Source: an uncultured Chloroflexia bacterium
GTDB taxonomy: Bacteria > Chloroflexota > Dehalococcoidia > UBA2979
Length of the DNA stretch: 64,000 nt
Direction of reading: 5' to 3'
Assembly: GCA_963728205.1 (NCBI GenBank)
Contig: CAVSIV010000001.1
Coordinates: 1,088,001-1,152,000, forward strand
Under the pieces are notes generated by a model. The model had not been told where the DNA came from, did no database searches, and saw only the letters and a program-made list of their open reading frames with translations. This document shows, in pieces, positions 28,374 to 38,471 of the stretch (position 1 is the stretch's first letter; each line of letters begins with the position of its first letter). Made by a program: the position numbers and the translations under genes.

Positions 28374-29153
28374 ATGCCGAGCGCTCGGACGCCCATCGTC
28401 GGCGGCAACTGGAAGATGCACCTCCCGCGCCCCGCTGCCGAGGCGCTGCTGACGCGCCTGCGCGCCGACCTCGGCGGGGCCGCCGCGTCGAGCGGGGTCG
28501 AGGTCGTGATCCTGCCGCCCGCGCCGTGGCTGCCGCTCGCGGCCGACGCCTTCGCGGGGACGCCGGTCGGCGTGGGGGTGCAGAACGTCTACTGGGAGCC
28601 GGCGGGCGCGTTCACCGGCGAGGTCAGCCCGGCGCTCCTGCAGGGCGTGGCCACCTGGTCGCTCGTCGGCCACTCCGAGCGGCGTCACGTCTTCGGCGAG
28701 AGCGACGCCGATACGAACCGAAAGCTGCGCGCGGTGATCGAGTCGGGGCTGTCGCCGATCCTCGCCGTGGGGGAGACCGAGCGGGAACGCGACGCCGGCA
28801 ACACCGAGTCGGTGATCGAGCGGCAGCTACTCGGCGCGTTTGAGGGGCTGCCACAGATCGCGCCGGGCTTCGTGATCGCATACGAGCCGGTCTGGGCCAT
28901 CGGCACCGGGCGCGCCGCGACGCCGGCCATCGCGCAGGAGGCGGCGGAGACGGTGCGCCGCGTCGTCGCCGGCCGCTTCGATGCCGCGACCGCCGACGCG
29001 TGTCGCGTGCAGTACGGCGGCTCCGTGAACTTCGAGAACGCCGCCGACTTCGCCGCGCAGCTCGGCGTGGACGGCGCGCTGGTGGGCGGGGCCTCGCTCG
29101 ATGCCGACAGGTTTGCCGCGATCTGCCGCGCCTTCGCGCGGAGCGGCGCGTAG
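28374..29153 (+). CDS. tpiA: Triosephosphate isomerase
   Basis: GNWKM, GAFTGE, GHSERR, AYEPVWAIGTG, YGGSV, LVGGASL motifs. Confidence 0.97.
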   Translation: MPSARTPIVGGNWKMHLPRPAAEALLTRLRADLGGAAASSGVEVVILPPAPWLPLAADAFAGTPVGVGVQNVYWEPAGAFTGEVSPALLQGVATWSLVGHSERRHVFGESDADTNRKLRAVIESGLSPILAVGETERERDAGNTESVIERQLLGAFEGLPQIAPGFVIAYEPVWAIGTGRAATPAIAQEAAETVRRVVAGRFDAATADACRVQYGGSVNFENAADFAAQLGVDGALVGGASLDADRFAAICRAFARSGA

Positions 29154-29176
29154 GCGCGAGGGCGGGCACGCGGCTC

Positions 29177-30136
29177 GTGGCGCATCACCTCGTCGCACTG
29201 CTCGGCGCGACGGCGTCGGGCAAGACCGCCGCCGCGTGCGCGATCCGGCGTCGGCTCCCGGTCGAGGTGATCGCCGCGGACTCGCGCCAGGCGCGCCGCG
29301 AGATGCACATCGGCACGGCCTCGCCGACCGCCGCGGAGCTGGACGCGGTGCCGCATCACCTGGTGGGGATCGTCGCGCCCGACGCTCCGTTCACCGTGCA
29401 GGATTGGCTGGACGCGGCGCGCGTCGCGATCGACGGCGTACGGGCGCGCGGCGGGCTGCCGCTGCTGGTCGGCGGCACGGGGCAGTACGTGTGGGCGCTG
29501 CTCGAGGGTTGGCGCTTCCCGCGCGTGCCGGTCGACGCCGTGCGCCGCGCGCGGCTCGAGCGGCTCGCGGCGGACGCGGGACCAGCCGCGCTGCACGCGC
29601 GGCTCGCCGCGGCCGACCCGGCGTCGGCCGCGCGCATCGACCCTGCGAACGTGCGGCGCGTCGTCCGCGCGCTGGAGATCGTGGAGGCGACCGGCGCGCC
29701 GGTGCCGCCGCTGGAGCGCGTGCCGCCGGAGTTCGCGTGGCGCGCCGTCGGCCTGCGCTGGTCGCGCGAGGCGCTTTACGCGCGCGCCGACGCGCGCGTC
29801 GAGGCGATGTACGCCGCGGGGCTCGTGGACGAGACGCGCGCGCTGGTCGCGGCACACGGCCGCGACTTCGACGCGCTGCGGTCGATCGGGTACGGCGACG
29901 CGCTGCGCGTCGTCGACGGGACGGCGAGCGTGGAGGAGGCGGTGGCCGCGACGAAGATCGCGACGCACCGGCTGATCCGCATGCAGGCGACGTGGTTCCG
30001 CGCCGACGACGAGCGCATCGCCTGGGTCGACGGCCGGGACACGGGCGCCGTGGTCGACGCCGTCGCGCGCGCGGAAGCGGAGATGGCGGAGGCGGACGTG
30101 CGGCGCGAGGACGGGACGCGGCGCGATCACGGGTGA
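29177..30136 (+). CDS. miaA: tRNA dimethylallyltransferase
   Basis: GATASGKT, ADSRQ..IGTA, PHHL, VGGTGQY, RRVVRALE, SIGY, QATWFR motifs. Confidence 0.94.
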   Translation: MAHHLVALLGATASGKTAAACAIRRRLPVEVIAADSRQARREMHIGTASPTAAELDAVPHHLVGIVAPDAPFTVQDWLDAARVAIDGVRARGGLPLLVGGTGQYVWALLEGWRFPRVPVDAVRRARLERLAADAGPAALHARLAAADPASAARIDPANVRRVVRALEIVEATGAPVPPLERVPPEFAWRAVGLRWSREALYARADARVEAMYAAGLVDETRALVAAHGRDFDALRSIGYGDALRVVDGTASVEEAVAATKIATHRLIRMQATWFRADDERIAWVDGRDTGAVVDAVARAEAEMAEADVRREDGTRRDHG

Positions 30137-30274
30137 TGGGGGAGGTCACGCCGCGCTCCTCGCCGGCGCCGGTGCCGCGGCGCCGCGGCGCCGCGGCACC
30201 GGCTCATTCCGGGCTCCGCGCTCCGTACATCGCCCGTGGCGCGACCATCCCCCCGCTCGTACCATGGGCCACCC

Positions 30275-31141
30275 ATGGAGCACCTGCCTTTCTGGAAGAT
30301 GCACGGCACCGGGAACGACTTCGTTCTGATGGAGTCGGACCGCGTCGACGACGGCTGGCCCGAGCTGGCCGTCGCCATCTGCGACCGCCACTTCGGCGTG
30401 GGCGCGGACGGGCTGATCCTCGTCCTCCCGTCGGACGTCGCCGACCGCCGCATGCGCATCTTCAACGCCGATGGCTCCGAGGCCGAGATGTGCGGCAACG
30501 GCATCCGCTGCTTCGTGAAGTACTGCTTCGACCGCCGACTGGTGACGAGCACCGACGGTGCGATGACCGTCGAGACGGTCCCGGGTGTGCTGACCGCGCG
30601 TGCGACCTTCGCCGCGGACGGCACCGTGGAGCGCGTGCGCGTCGGCATGGGCGTGCCGGACTTCGAGCCGGCGCACGTCGGCGTGCACGTCGAGCAGGCG
30701 GCGCCGGTGACCGACCTGCAGGTGACGGTGCACGACGACCGCGGCGCGGAGACCGTGCACGTGACGCTGGTGTCGATGGGCAACCCGCACGCCGTGGAGT
30801 TCATCGACGGCGCCCCGGCGGACTACCCGCTGGAGCGGCACGGCCCGCTCGTCGAGCACCACGAGCTGTTCGCGCACCGCACGAACTTCGAGGTCGCGCA
30901 CGTCGGCGACCGCAGCCACGTGACGATGCGCGTCTGGGAGCGCGGCGTCGGTGAGACGCTCGCGTGCGGCTCCGGCGCCTGCGCCGTGGTCGCCGCCGCG
31001 CGCACGCTCGGAACGGTCGACGAGCGTGTGGCCGTCGCCGTTCCCGGCGGCGTGCTCGAGATCGAGTGGGATGGAACGCACGAAGTGACGCTGACCGGCC
31101 CGGCCGCCCGCGTCTTCACCTCCGAATGGGAGCGCGCATGA
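30275..31141 (+). CDS. dapF: Diaminopimelate epimerase
   Basis: KMHGTGNDF, NADGSEAEMCGNGIRC, MGNPH, ERGVGETLACGSG motifs. Confidence 0.97.
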   Translation: MEHLPFWKMHGTGNDFVLMESDRVDDGWPELAVAICDRHFGVGADGLILVLPSDVADRRMRIFNADGSEAEMCGNGIRCFVKYCFDRRLVTSTDGAMTVETVPGVLTARATFAADGTVERVRVGMGVPDFEPAHVGVHVEQAAPVTDLQVTVHDDRGAETVHVTLVSMGNPHAVEFIDGAPADYPLERHGPLVEHHELFAHRTNFEVAHVGDRSHVTMRVWERGVGETLACGSGACAVVAAARTLGTVDERVAVAVPGGVLEIEWDGTHEVTLTGPAARVFTSEWERA

Positions 31142-32016
31142 ACCCGCGACGCCTGCAGGCGACTGCACCGCAGATCCGCAACGTGCCGATGCGACCTCGC
31201 GCGTGGCGCGAGCTGCTCGAGACCCCGGGCATCATCACCGTCGACCGCGAGCAGGGCACGTTGGCTCTCGTCCCCGAGGGCGGCGAGCTGCACCTCTATT
31301 GGGCCTTCGCCAGCGTCGAGGACATGCGCACCTCGTTCGCCGAGATGTTCGCGGATCTGCGCCCGCAGATCGCCGGTGCCGGCGTCGACTACGTCGCGCT
31401 CGACCTCGTCGAAGTGCACGGCAAGGAGTGGCTCGAGCCGATCCTCGACGACGCCGACTTCCGGTTCTTCGCCGAGTGGATGGAGCTCAGCCACCCCGAC
31501 CTCGACCCGAACGCCGTCCCGGAGTTCCCACCGGAGGTCGCGATGCGCCGCGCGAAGAAGGCGGACCTCGCCCGCGTGCGCGCGATCTGGAGCGAGGCCT
31601 ACGACGAGTACGCCGACGGCGAACACGCCATCGCGCACGCTGTCGACACCGCGAGCTGGATCGGCGTCCTCGAGCGCGACGACGAGATCGTGGCGTTTGC
31701 CGCGAACGGCGACACCGACGAGGCGGAGGGGCGCGTTCTCACCGCGGCCGTGGCTCCGGAGTGGCGCGGCCACGGCTACGGCCGGCTCCTGCTCGCCGCC
31801 GCCGCCTACCAGCTGTCGACGAAGGACGCGCGGCGTGCCACGGTGATCGCACGGCCCGACGTCCCGCAGGCGCTGCGCACGTGCACGGCCGTCGGCTTTC
31901 GCCCCGGCCGCATGGGCCTCGAGTATCGCCGCACGACGGACGAGGATGCGATCGCGCAGCGCCGCGAGGAGAAGCGCCGCGCCGGCGTGAAGGCGCGCTT
32001 CGGCGGCTGGCGCTGA
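31138..32016 (+). CDS. GNAT-family acetyltransferase
   Basis: AVAPEWRGHGYGRLLL acetyl-CoA motif A; ATGA overlap with dapF. Confidence 0.8.
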   Translation: MNPRRLQATAPQIRNVPMRPRAWRELLETPGIITVDREQGTLALVPEGGELHLYWAFASVEDMRTSFAEMFADLRPQIAGAGVDYVALDLVEVHGKEWLEPILDDADFRFFAEWMELSHPDLDPNAVPEFPPEVAMRRAKKADLARVRAIWSEAYDEYADGEHAIAHAVDTASWIGVLERDDEIVAFAANGDTDEAEGRVLTAAVAPEWRGHGYGRLLLAAAAYQLSTKDARRATVIARPDVPQALRTCTAVGFRPGRMGLEYRRTTDEDAIAQRREEKRRAGVKARFGGWR

Positions 32017-32109
32017 CCCCGGAGGCGGCGCTGACGGCGCGGACGACGACGGCAGCCGCGTCGATACCAGACCTGCGTCGACGACAGACCCGGCTCGACA
32101 ACGAACCCA

Positions 32110-32136
32110 AAGCGGCGGCAGGCATGCCGCCGACGC
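32110..32136 (+). repeat. REP family A single copy
   Basis: AAGCGGCGGCAGGCATGCCGCCGACGC, intergenic. Confidence 0.75.
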
Positions 32137-32203
32137 GGCGAGGCGCGGCAGCGCCTCATCCCACCAGACAACCCACCGGTGATCGAGGCGTGATGGAGGA
32201 CCG

Positions 32204-33382
32204 ATGAAGCTCGCGCAGCGCGTCGAGCAGCTGCCGCCGTACCTGTTCGCGCGGATCTCCGAGCTGATCGCGCAGAAGCGCGCGACCGGCGTCGACGTGA
32301 TCTCGCTCGGCATCGGCGACCCCGACCTGCCGACCCCCGGCTACCTGATCGAGACGCTGCAGCGCGCCGCCGAGACGCCGGCCAACCATCGCTACCCGGA
32401 GTCCGACGGCCTCCCCGAGTTCCGTCGCGCCATCGCGCGCTGGTACGAGCGGCGCCACGCCGTGACGCTCGACCCGGACGAGGAGATCGTCCCGCTGATC
32501 GGGTCGAAGGAGGGCATCGGCCACCTGCCGCTGTGTCTGATCGACCCCGGTGACGTCTCGCTGATCACCGACCCCGGCTACCCGGTCTACGAGATCGGCA
32601 CGATGTTTGCCGGCGGCGAGACCGTGAAGCTCCCGCTGAAGGAGGAGGACGGCTGGCTGCCGCGCCTCGACGAGATCCCCGCGGAGGCCGCGCGCCGCGC
32701 GCGCATCCTCTGGCTCAACTACCCGAACAACCCGACCGGCGCCGTCGCCGACGTCGGCTTCTTCGAGCGCGCCGTGGCCTGGGCGAAGCAGCACGACGTC
32801 GTGATCGCGCACGACCTCGCCTACGCCGACGTCACCTACGACGGCTACGTCGCGCACTCGATCCTCGAGGTCGACGGCGCGCGCGACGTCGCGATCGAGT
32901 TCAACTCGCTGTCGAAGAGCTTCAACATGACGGGCTGGCGCGTGGCAATGGCCGTGGGCAACGCGACCGTGATCGACGCGCTCACGCGAGTGAAGACGAA
33001 TCTCGACAGTGGCATTCCGCAGGCGATCCAGGAGATGGCAATCGCCGCGCTCGACGACCCGCGCGACTCGATCGCGGCGCACAACGCGGTGTACCAGCGC
33101 CGGCGCGACCGCGTGGTCGCGGTGCTGCGCGAGCTCGGGCTGCGGCTCGAGCCGCCGCGGGCGTCGCTGTACGTGTGGGCGCGGCTGCCGGAGGGCGAAC
33201 GCTCGAGCGGTGACTTCGCCGCGCGGCTCGTCGACCAGACCGGCGTCGTCGTGACGCCCGGCGCGAGCTACGGAGCGGCCGGCGAGGGCTACATCCGCAT
33301 CTCGCTGACGACGCCGGACGACCGGCTCGAGGAGGCGCTCGCGCGGCTCTCGCGCTTCGCACGCGGCGAGCGACCGCTGTAG
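32204..33382 (+). CDS. dapL: LL-diaminopimelate aminotransferase
   Basis: LPPYLFA, SLGIGDPD, GSKEG, NYPNNPTG, SLSKSFNMTGWR motifs; linked to dapF. Confidence 0.85.
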   Translation: MKLAQRVEQLPPYLFARISELIAQKRATGVDVISLGIGDPDLPTPGYLIETLQRAAETPANHRYPESDGLPEFRRAIARWYERRHAVTLDPDEEIVPLIGSKEGIGHLPLCLIDPGDVSLITDPGYPVYEIGTMFAGGETVKLPLKEEDGWLPRLDEIPAEAARRARILWLNYPNNPTGAVADVGFFERAVAWAKQHDVVIAHDLAYADVTYDGYVAHSILEVDGARDVAIEFNSLSKSFNMTGWRVAMAVGNATVIDALTRVKTNLDSGIPQAIQEMAIAALDDPRDSIAAHNAVYQRRRDRVVAVLRELGLRLEPPRASLYVWARLPEGERSSGDFAARLVDQTGVVVTPGASYGAAGEGYIRISLTTPDDRLEEALARLSRFARGERPL

Positions 33383-33396
33383 GAAGCAGTTCGACG

Positions 33397-33423
33397 CAAG
33401 CGGCGGCAGATACGCCGCCGATG
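33397..33423 (+). repeat. REP family A copy
   Basis: CAAGCGGCGGCAGATACGCCGCCGATG. Confidence 0.7.
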
Positions 33424-33520
33424 ACAACGCGGCCCGCGGGCCGCGGTATTGGCGGCATCGACGTTCACGACAGCGCGCCCCCTCCGGGAGCGTCGACCGA
33501 GCGTCACGCGAGGAGCGACC

Positions 33521-34582
33521 ATGCCGCACGCCATCCGCCCGGCACTCGTCTCCCTCATGACCGTTGCGCTCACTGCGCTCGCGGTCGCCTGCGGCTCCGC
33601 GCGACCAAGCGCGACCGCGACCGCGCCGGCTGCGACGACGACCGCCGCCGCGGTCGCAACCGCGCGTTCCATCGACACGGCGACCGCCGCCCGAACCGCG
33701 AGCCCGGCCGCCCCCGCGCCACCGTCTACGTCCGAGCCCGTGTCGACGCCGCCGGCGCTACCGACTGCCGGCCCGACCGCGGCCGTCGTCGCAACCGGTC
33801 CGAAGTGCGCATACCACGGCGTCCTCCCCGACCCCGTGTGCACGCCGGGCGCGGCGGATCCCGCCGTCACCCAGTCGAACATCGACGCCACGATTTGCGT
33901 CCCCGGCTACGCGAGTTCCGTGCGTCCAAGCTCGCAGGCGGACCGCGACCGGATGTTCCAGCTCAAGCTGCAGGAGATGAGCGACTACGGCGTCGGTGAT
34001 CGGGCGACCGGCGACTTCGAACAGGACCACCTCATCCCGCTCGAGCTCGGCGGCGCGCCGCGCGACCCGCTCAACCTCTGGCCGGAGTCCTTCGATGGCG
34101 GGGACAACGCGCGGAACAAGGACCAGGTGGAGAACGGCCTGCATGACGCCGTCTGCGCCGGACGGGTTTCGCTGGCGACCGCGCAGCACGCCATCGCCTC
34201 CGACTGGCTCGCGGCCTTTGCGCTGTTCGGGACCGCGCCGCCGACGCCTGCGCCGGACGCCGCGACGCCGGGCGCCGCCGGATCCGCGGCCTGCGCCGCG
34301 GCGGCGAGCATCTCGAACGCGACCCCAGCGCGCTTCTCCACCGTCACCGTGACCGGCCGCCTCGCCTGCGGGGGCGCGCCGGCGAGCGGCGTCGCGATGA
34401 CCGCTACCTGGCACTACAAGACGACGTCGCCGACGTGTGCCGCCGTCAGCGGCGACGACGGGACGGCGTCGTGCTCGCGCTCGATCGGCGGCGCGAGCGC
34501 CGGCTACGCCGTTGCCGTCGACGTGTGCTTCGACGCGCCCGATGGCGCGGCCTGCGCGCAGACCGGATTCACGCCGCACTGA
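33521..34582 (+). CDS. Lipoprotein with HNH-like domain and Cys-rich Ig-like tail
   Basis: Lipobox AVACG; T/A/P linker; EQDHLIPLELGG..NLWPE..KDQVEN HNH-like motif. Confidence 0.7.
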   Translation: MPHAIRPALVSLMTVALTALAVACGSARPSATATAPAATTTAAAVATARSIDTATAARTASPAAPAPPSTSEPVSTPPALPTAGPTAAVVATGPKCAYHGVLPDPVCTPGAADPAVTQSNIDATICVPGYASSVRPSSQADRDRMFQLKLQEMSDYGVGDRATGDFEQDHLIPLELGGAPRDPLNLWPESFDGGDNARNKDQVENGLHDAVCAGRVSLATAQHAIASDWLAAFALFGTAPPTPAPDAATPGAAGSAACAAAASISNATPARFSTVTVTGRLACGGAPASGVAMTATWHYKTTSPTCAAVSGDDGTASCSRSIGGASAGYAVAVDVCFDAPDGAACAQTGFTPH

Positions 34583-34626
34583 GGCGTGGCCTGGTCGCTG
34601 AGCGCGCCCGGTTGAAGCCGGCTGTC

Positions 34627-34691
34627 GCATCGGCGGCGTGTCTGCCGCCGCTTGCGCCGGATTCAAGCGGCGGCAGACACGCCGCCGACAC
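34627..34691. repeat. REP family A inverted doublet
   Basis: GCATCGGCGGCGTGTCTGCCGCCGCTTG-N9-CAAGCGGCGGCAGACACGCCGCCGACAC. Confidence 0.85.
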
Positions 34692-34827
34692 TGCGAGCGC
34701 CGAGAGGCGTTCCCTCGCTGCCTCCCGGCGTCCGGACCCCGCCCGATCGCTCCGGCGCACCGTATGATGATCGTGTCAACGCAACACCGGCGCGGAGCGC
34801 CGGGACGCCACCGAAGGAGCGCGTTCG

Positions 34828-36111
34828 ATACCTCGAAAGCGGCCGTACCCCACCACCCCCACCGCCGGCGACCGCCACGATCGCCGCGACTCGCACAGCA
34901 CCGCACCTCGCCCCGAGCAGGCCTTCCTCGTCGCGGTCGACGAGCGGAGCGACAGCGGCATGTCCACCGAGGAGTCCGTCCGCGAGCTGGCGCGCCTCGT
35001 GCGCACCGCCGGCGGGCGCGTCGTCGGCGAGACCGTGCAGCGCCGCCCTCGGCCCGACCGCGCGACGTACATCGGCGCGGGCAAGGTCGACGAGGTGAAG
35101 GCCGCGCGCGAGACCACCGGCTACACGATGGTCGTCTTCGACGACCCGCTCTCGCCGTCGCAGCAGCTCAACCTCGAGAAGGCGCTCGACGTGAAGGTGC
35201 TGGACCGCTCGGCGCTCATCCTCGACATCTTCGCGAGCCGCGCGAAGACGCGAGAGGCGTCGCTCCAGGTGGAGCTTGCGCAACACGAGTACCTCCTGCC
35301 GCGCCTGCGCGGCCAGTGGCAGCACCTCGAGCGGATGGAGGGCGCCATCGGGTCCCGCGGTCCCGGCGAGACGCAGCTCGAAACCGACCGCCGGCTGATC
35401 GGCCAGCGCATCGCGCGCCTGAAGAAGCAGATCGAGGCCGTGCGGCGGCACCGCGCGCTGCAGCGTTCCCGCCGCGAGCGGCAGGGGATGCCGGTGGTCG
35501 CGCTCGTCGGCTACACGAACGCCGGGAAGTCGTCGCTGATGCGCGCGCTGGCCGGCGCGAAGGTGCTGGCCGCGAACGCACCCTTCGCGACGCTCGACCC
35601 GGTGACGCGTCGCGTCGGCTCCGGCCGCGAGGAGGCGTTCCTCCTCACCGACACCGTGGGCTTCATGCAGAAGCTGCCCACGCAGCTGATCTCCGCCTTC
35701 CGCGCCACGCTCGAGGAGCTGGAGAAGGCCGACCTCCTGCTGCACGTCGTGGATGTGACGTCTCCGGCGGCGAAGGCGCAGGCGGAGTCGGTGGCGGCGA
35801 CGCTCGAGGGGCTCGGCCTGCAGGACGTGCCGGTGCTGACCGTGCTGAACAAGGTCGACGGGTTGCGACTGCAAGATGGATCGACGGTCACGTCGGAGGC
35901 GGAGCTCCCGCCGGCGCGCGAGCTCAACCCGCTCGGCCCGGACGGCGAGGCGATCTGCACCTCCGCGACCGAGGGCTGGGGCATCGACGCGCTGCGCGCG
36001 CGCCTGCTGTTCGAGTTCTTCGGCACCGAAGCGCGCGACCACGCCGCAACAGTGGCGGCCGCCGGCGCGGCCGAGGATGCCGTGCGCGAACGGCCCGCGT
36101 CAGCGGGCTGA
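34828..36111 (+). CDS. hflX: Ribosome-splitting GTPase HflX (probable ATA start; first ATG at 34960)
   Basis: ILDIFA, QVELAQ, RGPGETQLETDRR, GYTNAGKSS, FATLD, DTVGF, NKVD motifs; EQAFLVAV lies upstream of the ATG. Confidence 0.95.
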   Translation: MPRKRPYPTTPTAGDRHDRRDSHSTAPRPEQAFLVAVDERSDSGMSTEESVRELARLVRTAGGRVVGETVQRRPRPDRATYIGAGKVDEVKAARETTGYTMVVFDDPLSPSQQLNLEKALDVKVLDRSALILDIFASRAKTREASLQVELAQHEYLLPRLRGQWQHLERMEGAIGSRGPGETQLETDRRLIGQRIARLKKQIEAVRRHRALQRSRRERQGMPVVALVGYTNAGKSSLMRALAGAKVLAANAPFATLDPVTRRVGSGREEAFLLTDTVGFMQKLPTQLISAFRATLEELEKADLLLHVVDVTSPAAKAQAESVAATLEGLGLQDVPVLTVLNKVDGLRLQDGSTVTSEAELPPARELNPLGPDGEAICTSATEGWGIDALRARLLFEFFGTEARDHAATVAAAGAAEDAVRERPASAG

Positions 36112-37290
36112 GGCGCCGTCTCGCGCGCACACGATCGCGACGTGGCGCCCGGCGACGCGCGTGAGCGCGACCGTCCGCACCGCCCCGCCGCCGAGCGCGC
36201 GCGTGAGCCGGCGCTCCAGCGCATTCGTGTCGACGGGCGAGCCGCGACGCATCACCTCCGCGCGACCGGCCCCCAGCGCTCGCAGCCGCGTGAGCAGCGC
36301 TCGCTCCGAGAACGGCAGCCACGCCTCGACATGGAAGCGTCGCGCGAACGGCGTGTCGACCGCGTGGTCCGCCGCCAGGTAGGCGATCGTCGGGTCGAGC
36401 TGCCACGCGTCGAGGTCGCGCGCGAGGTGCGCGACGAGCCCGGCGCGGCCGACCGCCGGGTCGGGGTCGTAGAGAAACGTGCCGGGCTCGCCGATGCGGG
36501 ACGGCTCCGGCCCGGTGCCCCCTTCGTCCGCGAGCGACACGCCCGCCGGCAGCACGGTCGCGCGGCGCCGCCCCCGCGCCAGGCGGCCGAGCCACGCGAC
36601 CGCCTCCACGAGGTCGCCGTCGAGCGAGACGAACTCCACCTCCGCGCCCGCCGGCAGCAGCGCGAGGTCGATCCCCGGCGCGAGCTTGATTCCCGCCGCC
36701 GGGAATCGCGCGGCGATCGCGACGGCGACATCGAGCGGCGGCGACCAGCGCCGCGGGTCGAGCGTGCGGCCGCGCGCGTCGCGCCGCGACGGGTCCAGCC
36801 ACGCGGCGTCGCCGTCGGCGGCGCTCACGTCGGCAGCGTCGCCCGCGCGCGTCGCCACGCGCGTGCCGAGCCCGCGCCCGGCGGCGTTTGCCGCCGCCAT
36901 GGCCAGCCGCGCGGGGTCGCGGTCGACCGCGACCACGGGCGCGTGCGCCGCGAGCGCGAGCGCGTCGCCGCCCATCCCGCATCCGGCGTCGACGACGCGC
37001 CGCGTGCCGGCGAAGCGCGCGGCCGTCCAGCGCGCGACCGTCTCGCTCGTCGCCTGCTCGGCGGCCGCGCGGTCGCACCACAGCCGCTCGCCCTCCGGGA
37101 ACTTGCGCGCGGCGACCCGCCGTCCCTCGGCCAGCGCCACGGCGGCGCGCGCCTGCGCGGGCTCGAGCCCGCGCCGCAGGCGTTCGACGACTTCGAGGAG
37201 GGGCGTTCCCGCGGTCAGCGCCGCGGCGGCGTCGGCGGCCGCGCGACCGCCGGGCGGGGTCTGCAGCCAGGCGATGTCGGCCGCGTCCAC
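36100..37290 (-). CDS. Class I SAM-dependent methyltransferase with THUMP-like C-terminal domain
   Basis: AEQATS, DAGCGMGGD, DPSRR, KLAPG, LYDPDPAV motifs. Confidence 0.8.
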   Translation of the reverse strand: MDAADIAWLQTPPGGRAAADAAAALTAGTPLLEVVERLRRGLEPAQARAAVALAEGRRVAARKFPEGERLWCDRAAAEQATSETVARWTAARFAGTRRVVDAGCGMGGDALALAAHAPVVAVDRDPARLAMAAANAAGRGLGTRVATRAGDAADVSAADGDAAWLDPSRRDARGRTLDPRRWSPPLDVAVAIAARFPAAGIKLAPGIDLALLPAGAEVEFVSLDGDLVEAVAWLGRLARGRRRATVLPAGVSLADEGGTGPEPSRIGEPGTFLYDPDPAVGRAGLVAHLARDLDAWQLDPTIAYLAADHAVDTPFARRFHVEAWLPFSERALLTRLRALGAGRAEVMRRGSPVDTNALERRLTRALGGGAVRTVALTRVAGRHVAIVCARDGASAR

Positions 37291-37296
37291 GGCGGC

Positions 37297-38145
37297 TCAG
37301 CGCGACGGGCGGAGCGCGTACGCCTCCGGGTCGCGCAGCCACGGGCGGTCGCGGTAGAGCTCGCCGAGCACCCCGGCGACCTCGCGCAGCACCTGGTCGG
37401 CGGCGGCGAGCACGCGCCGCGTCGCCGCGGCGTCGCCGCCGAGCGCGGCCGCGAGGTCGTCGAGCCACGTCGCCACGCGCTTGCCGATGCGGGTCCCGCG
37501 CGCGACGGCGACGAGCAGATCGAGGGTCGGGTGGTCGCCTTCGTCGTGCACGCACGCGAGCCGGCAGAGCGCCGCCGCCGCCTCGCCGGCGGCGGGGAGC
37601 GCCGCTGCAGCCGGAGCGACACCGATCACCCACAGCGCCCGCACCGCCGCGACGAGCTGCAGCCACAGGGCACGCGTGATGCGCTCCGGGACGTCCTGCG
37701 GATAGCGGCCGGCTGCCGCGATCAGCTGAGCGTGGCGGCCCATGCGGTCGTGCACCACCTGGGCGTGGCGCACCGCCCAGCGCGACTCGAGCGTGCGTCG
37801 CGCCACGCCCTCGAAGGTCGTCGTGGCGTCGATGGTGATCGTGAGGTCGTACCCGTCGAGCGCGTCGCCGGGGCCGCGAGCCCGCTCGCGCGCCACGTAG
37901 ACGCCGTCGCGCTGCAGCGCCGAGCGGTAGGGGTCGGGGAGCGCCCGCGCGAGCGCGGGGTCCACGAGCATCCAGAATGCCGGGACCGCCGGCGCGAACG
38001 CGGCGTCGCCGAGGTCATCGGCCGGCGGGGACGTCAGGAGCAGCGTCGTCCGGTCGGCGATCGATTCGAAGGGTGGGGCGGCGAGGAGCCGGCGACCCCG
38101 CTCGCGCGCCTGCTCCCGCAGCGCCGCGGTGGGGTCGTCGAGCAT
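37297..38145 (-). CDS. Hypothetical protein
   Basis: Long ORF tightly packed between neighbours; GC3 bias. Confidence 0.6.
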   Translation of the reverse strand: MLDDPTAALREQARERGRRLLAAPPFESIADRTTLLLTSPPADDLGDAAFAPAVPAFWMLVDPALARALPDPYRSALQRDGVYVARERARGPGDALDGYDLTITIDATTTFEGVARRTLESRWAVRHAQVVHDRMGRHAQLIAAAGRYPQDVPERITRALWLQLVAAVRALWVIGVAPAAAALPAAGEAAAALCRLACVHDEGDHPTLDLLVAVARGTRIGKRVATWLDDLAAALGGDAAATRRVLAAADQVLREVAGVLGELYRDRPWLRDPEAYALRPSR

Positions 38146-38147
38146 CG

Positions 38148-38363
38148 CTACTCTTCCAGCTGTCCGACGGTCCGCAGCGCGTCCTTCACCTCGTCGGCGG
38201 AGTGGAACATCACGCCCTCGCGCAGGGCGTCGAAGCCGTCGACCACGTCGTCGTCGACGTCGTTCGCGTAGCAGATGTTCAGGAAGTCGGAGCGCGTTGC
38301 CTCGTTGGTGATCGAGAACGTGTGGGTGACGACCGGCTCGAAACCGCTCCACGGTGCGGACAT
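38148..38363 (-). CDS. Small acidic protein (DUF2795-like)
   Basis: 71 aa; ATRSD..A...DDDVVD..L...F.S.DEV pattern; SD-like GGAG. Confidence 0.55.
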   Translation of the reverse strand: MSAPWSGFEPVVTHTFSITNEATRSDFLNICYANDVDDDVVDGFDALREGVMFHSADEVKDALRTVGQLEE

Positions 38364-38471
38364 GCAGAACTCCGTTCCCAGGTGCTGACGGCGCCCGCGG
38401 GCGCGTGACGTAACGGGTGTCGGCCGGGTGCGTCGGCCGGGCGCCACGTTAACAGCGCACCGGCTTCGGGG

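Noticed and set aside
30167-30202. GC palindrome between miaA and dapF
   Set aside because: Low-complexity GCCGCGGC repeats, single occurrence, no U tract
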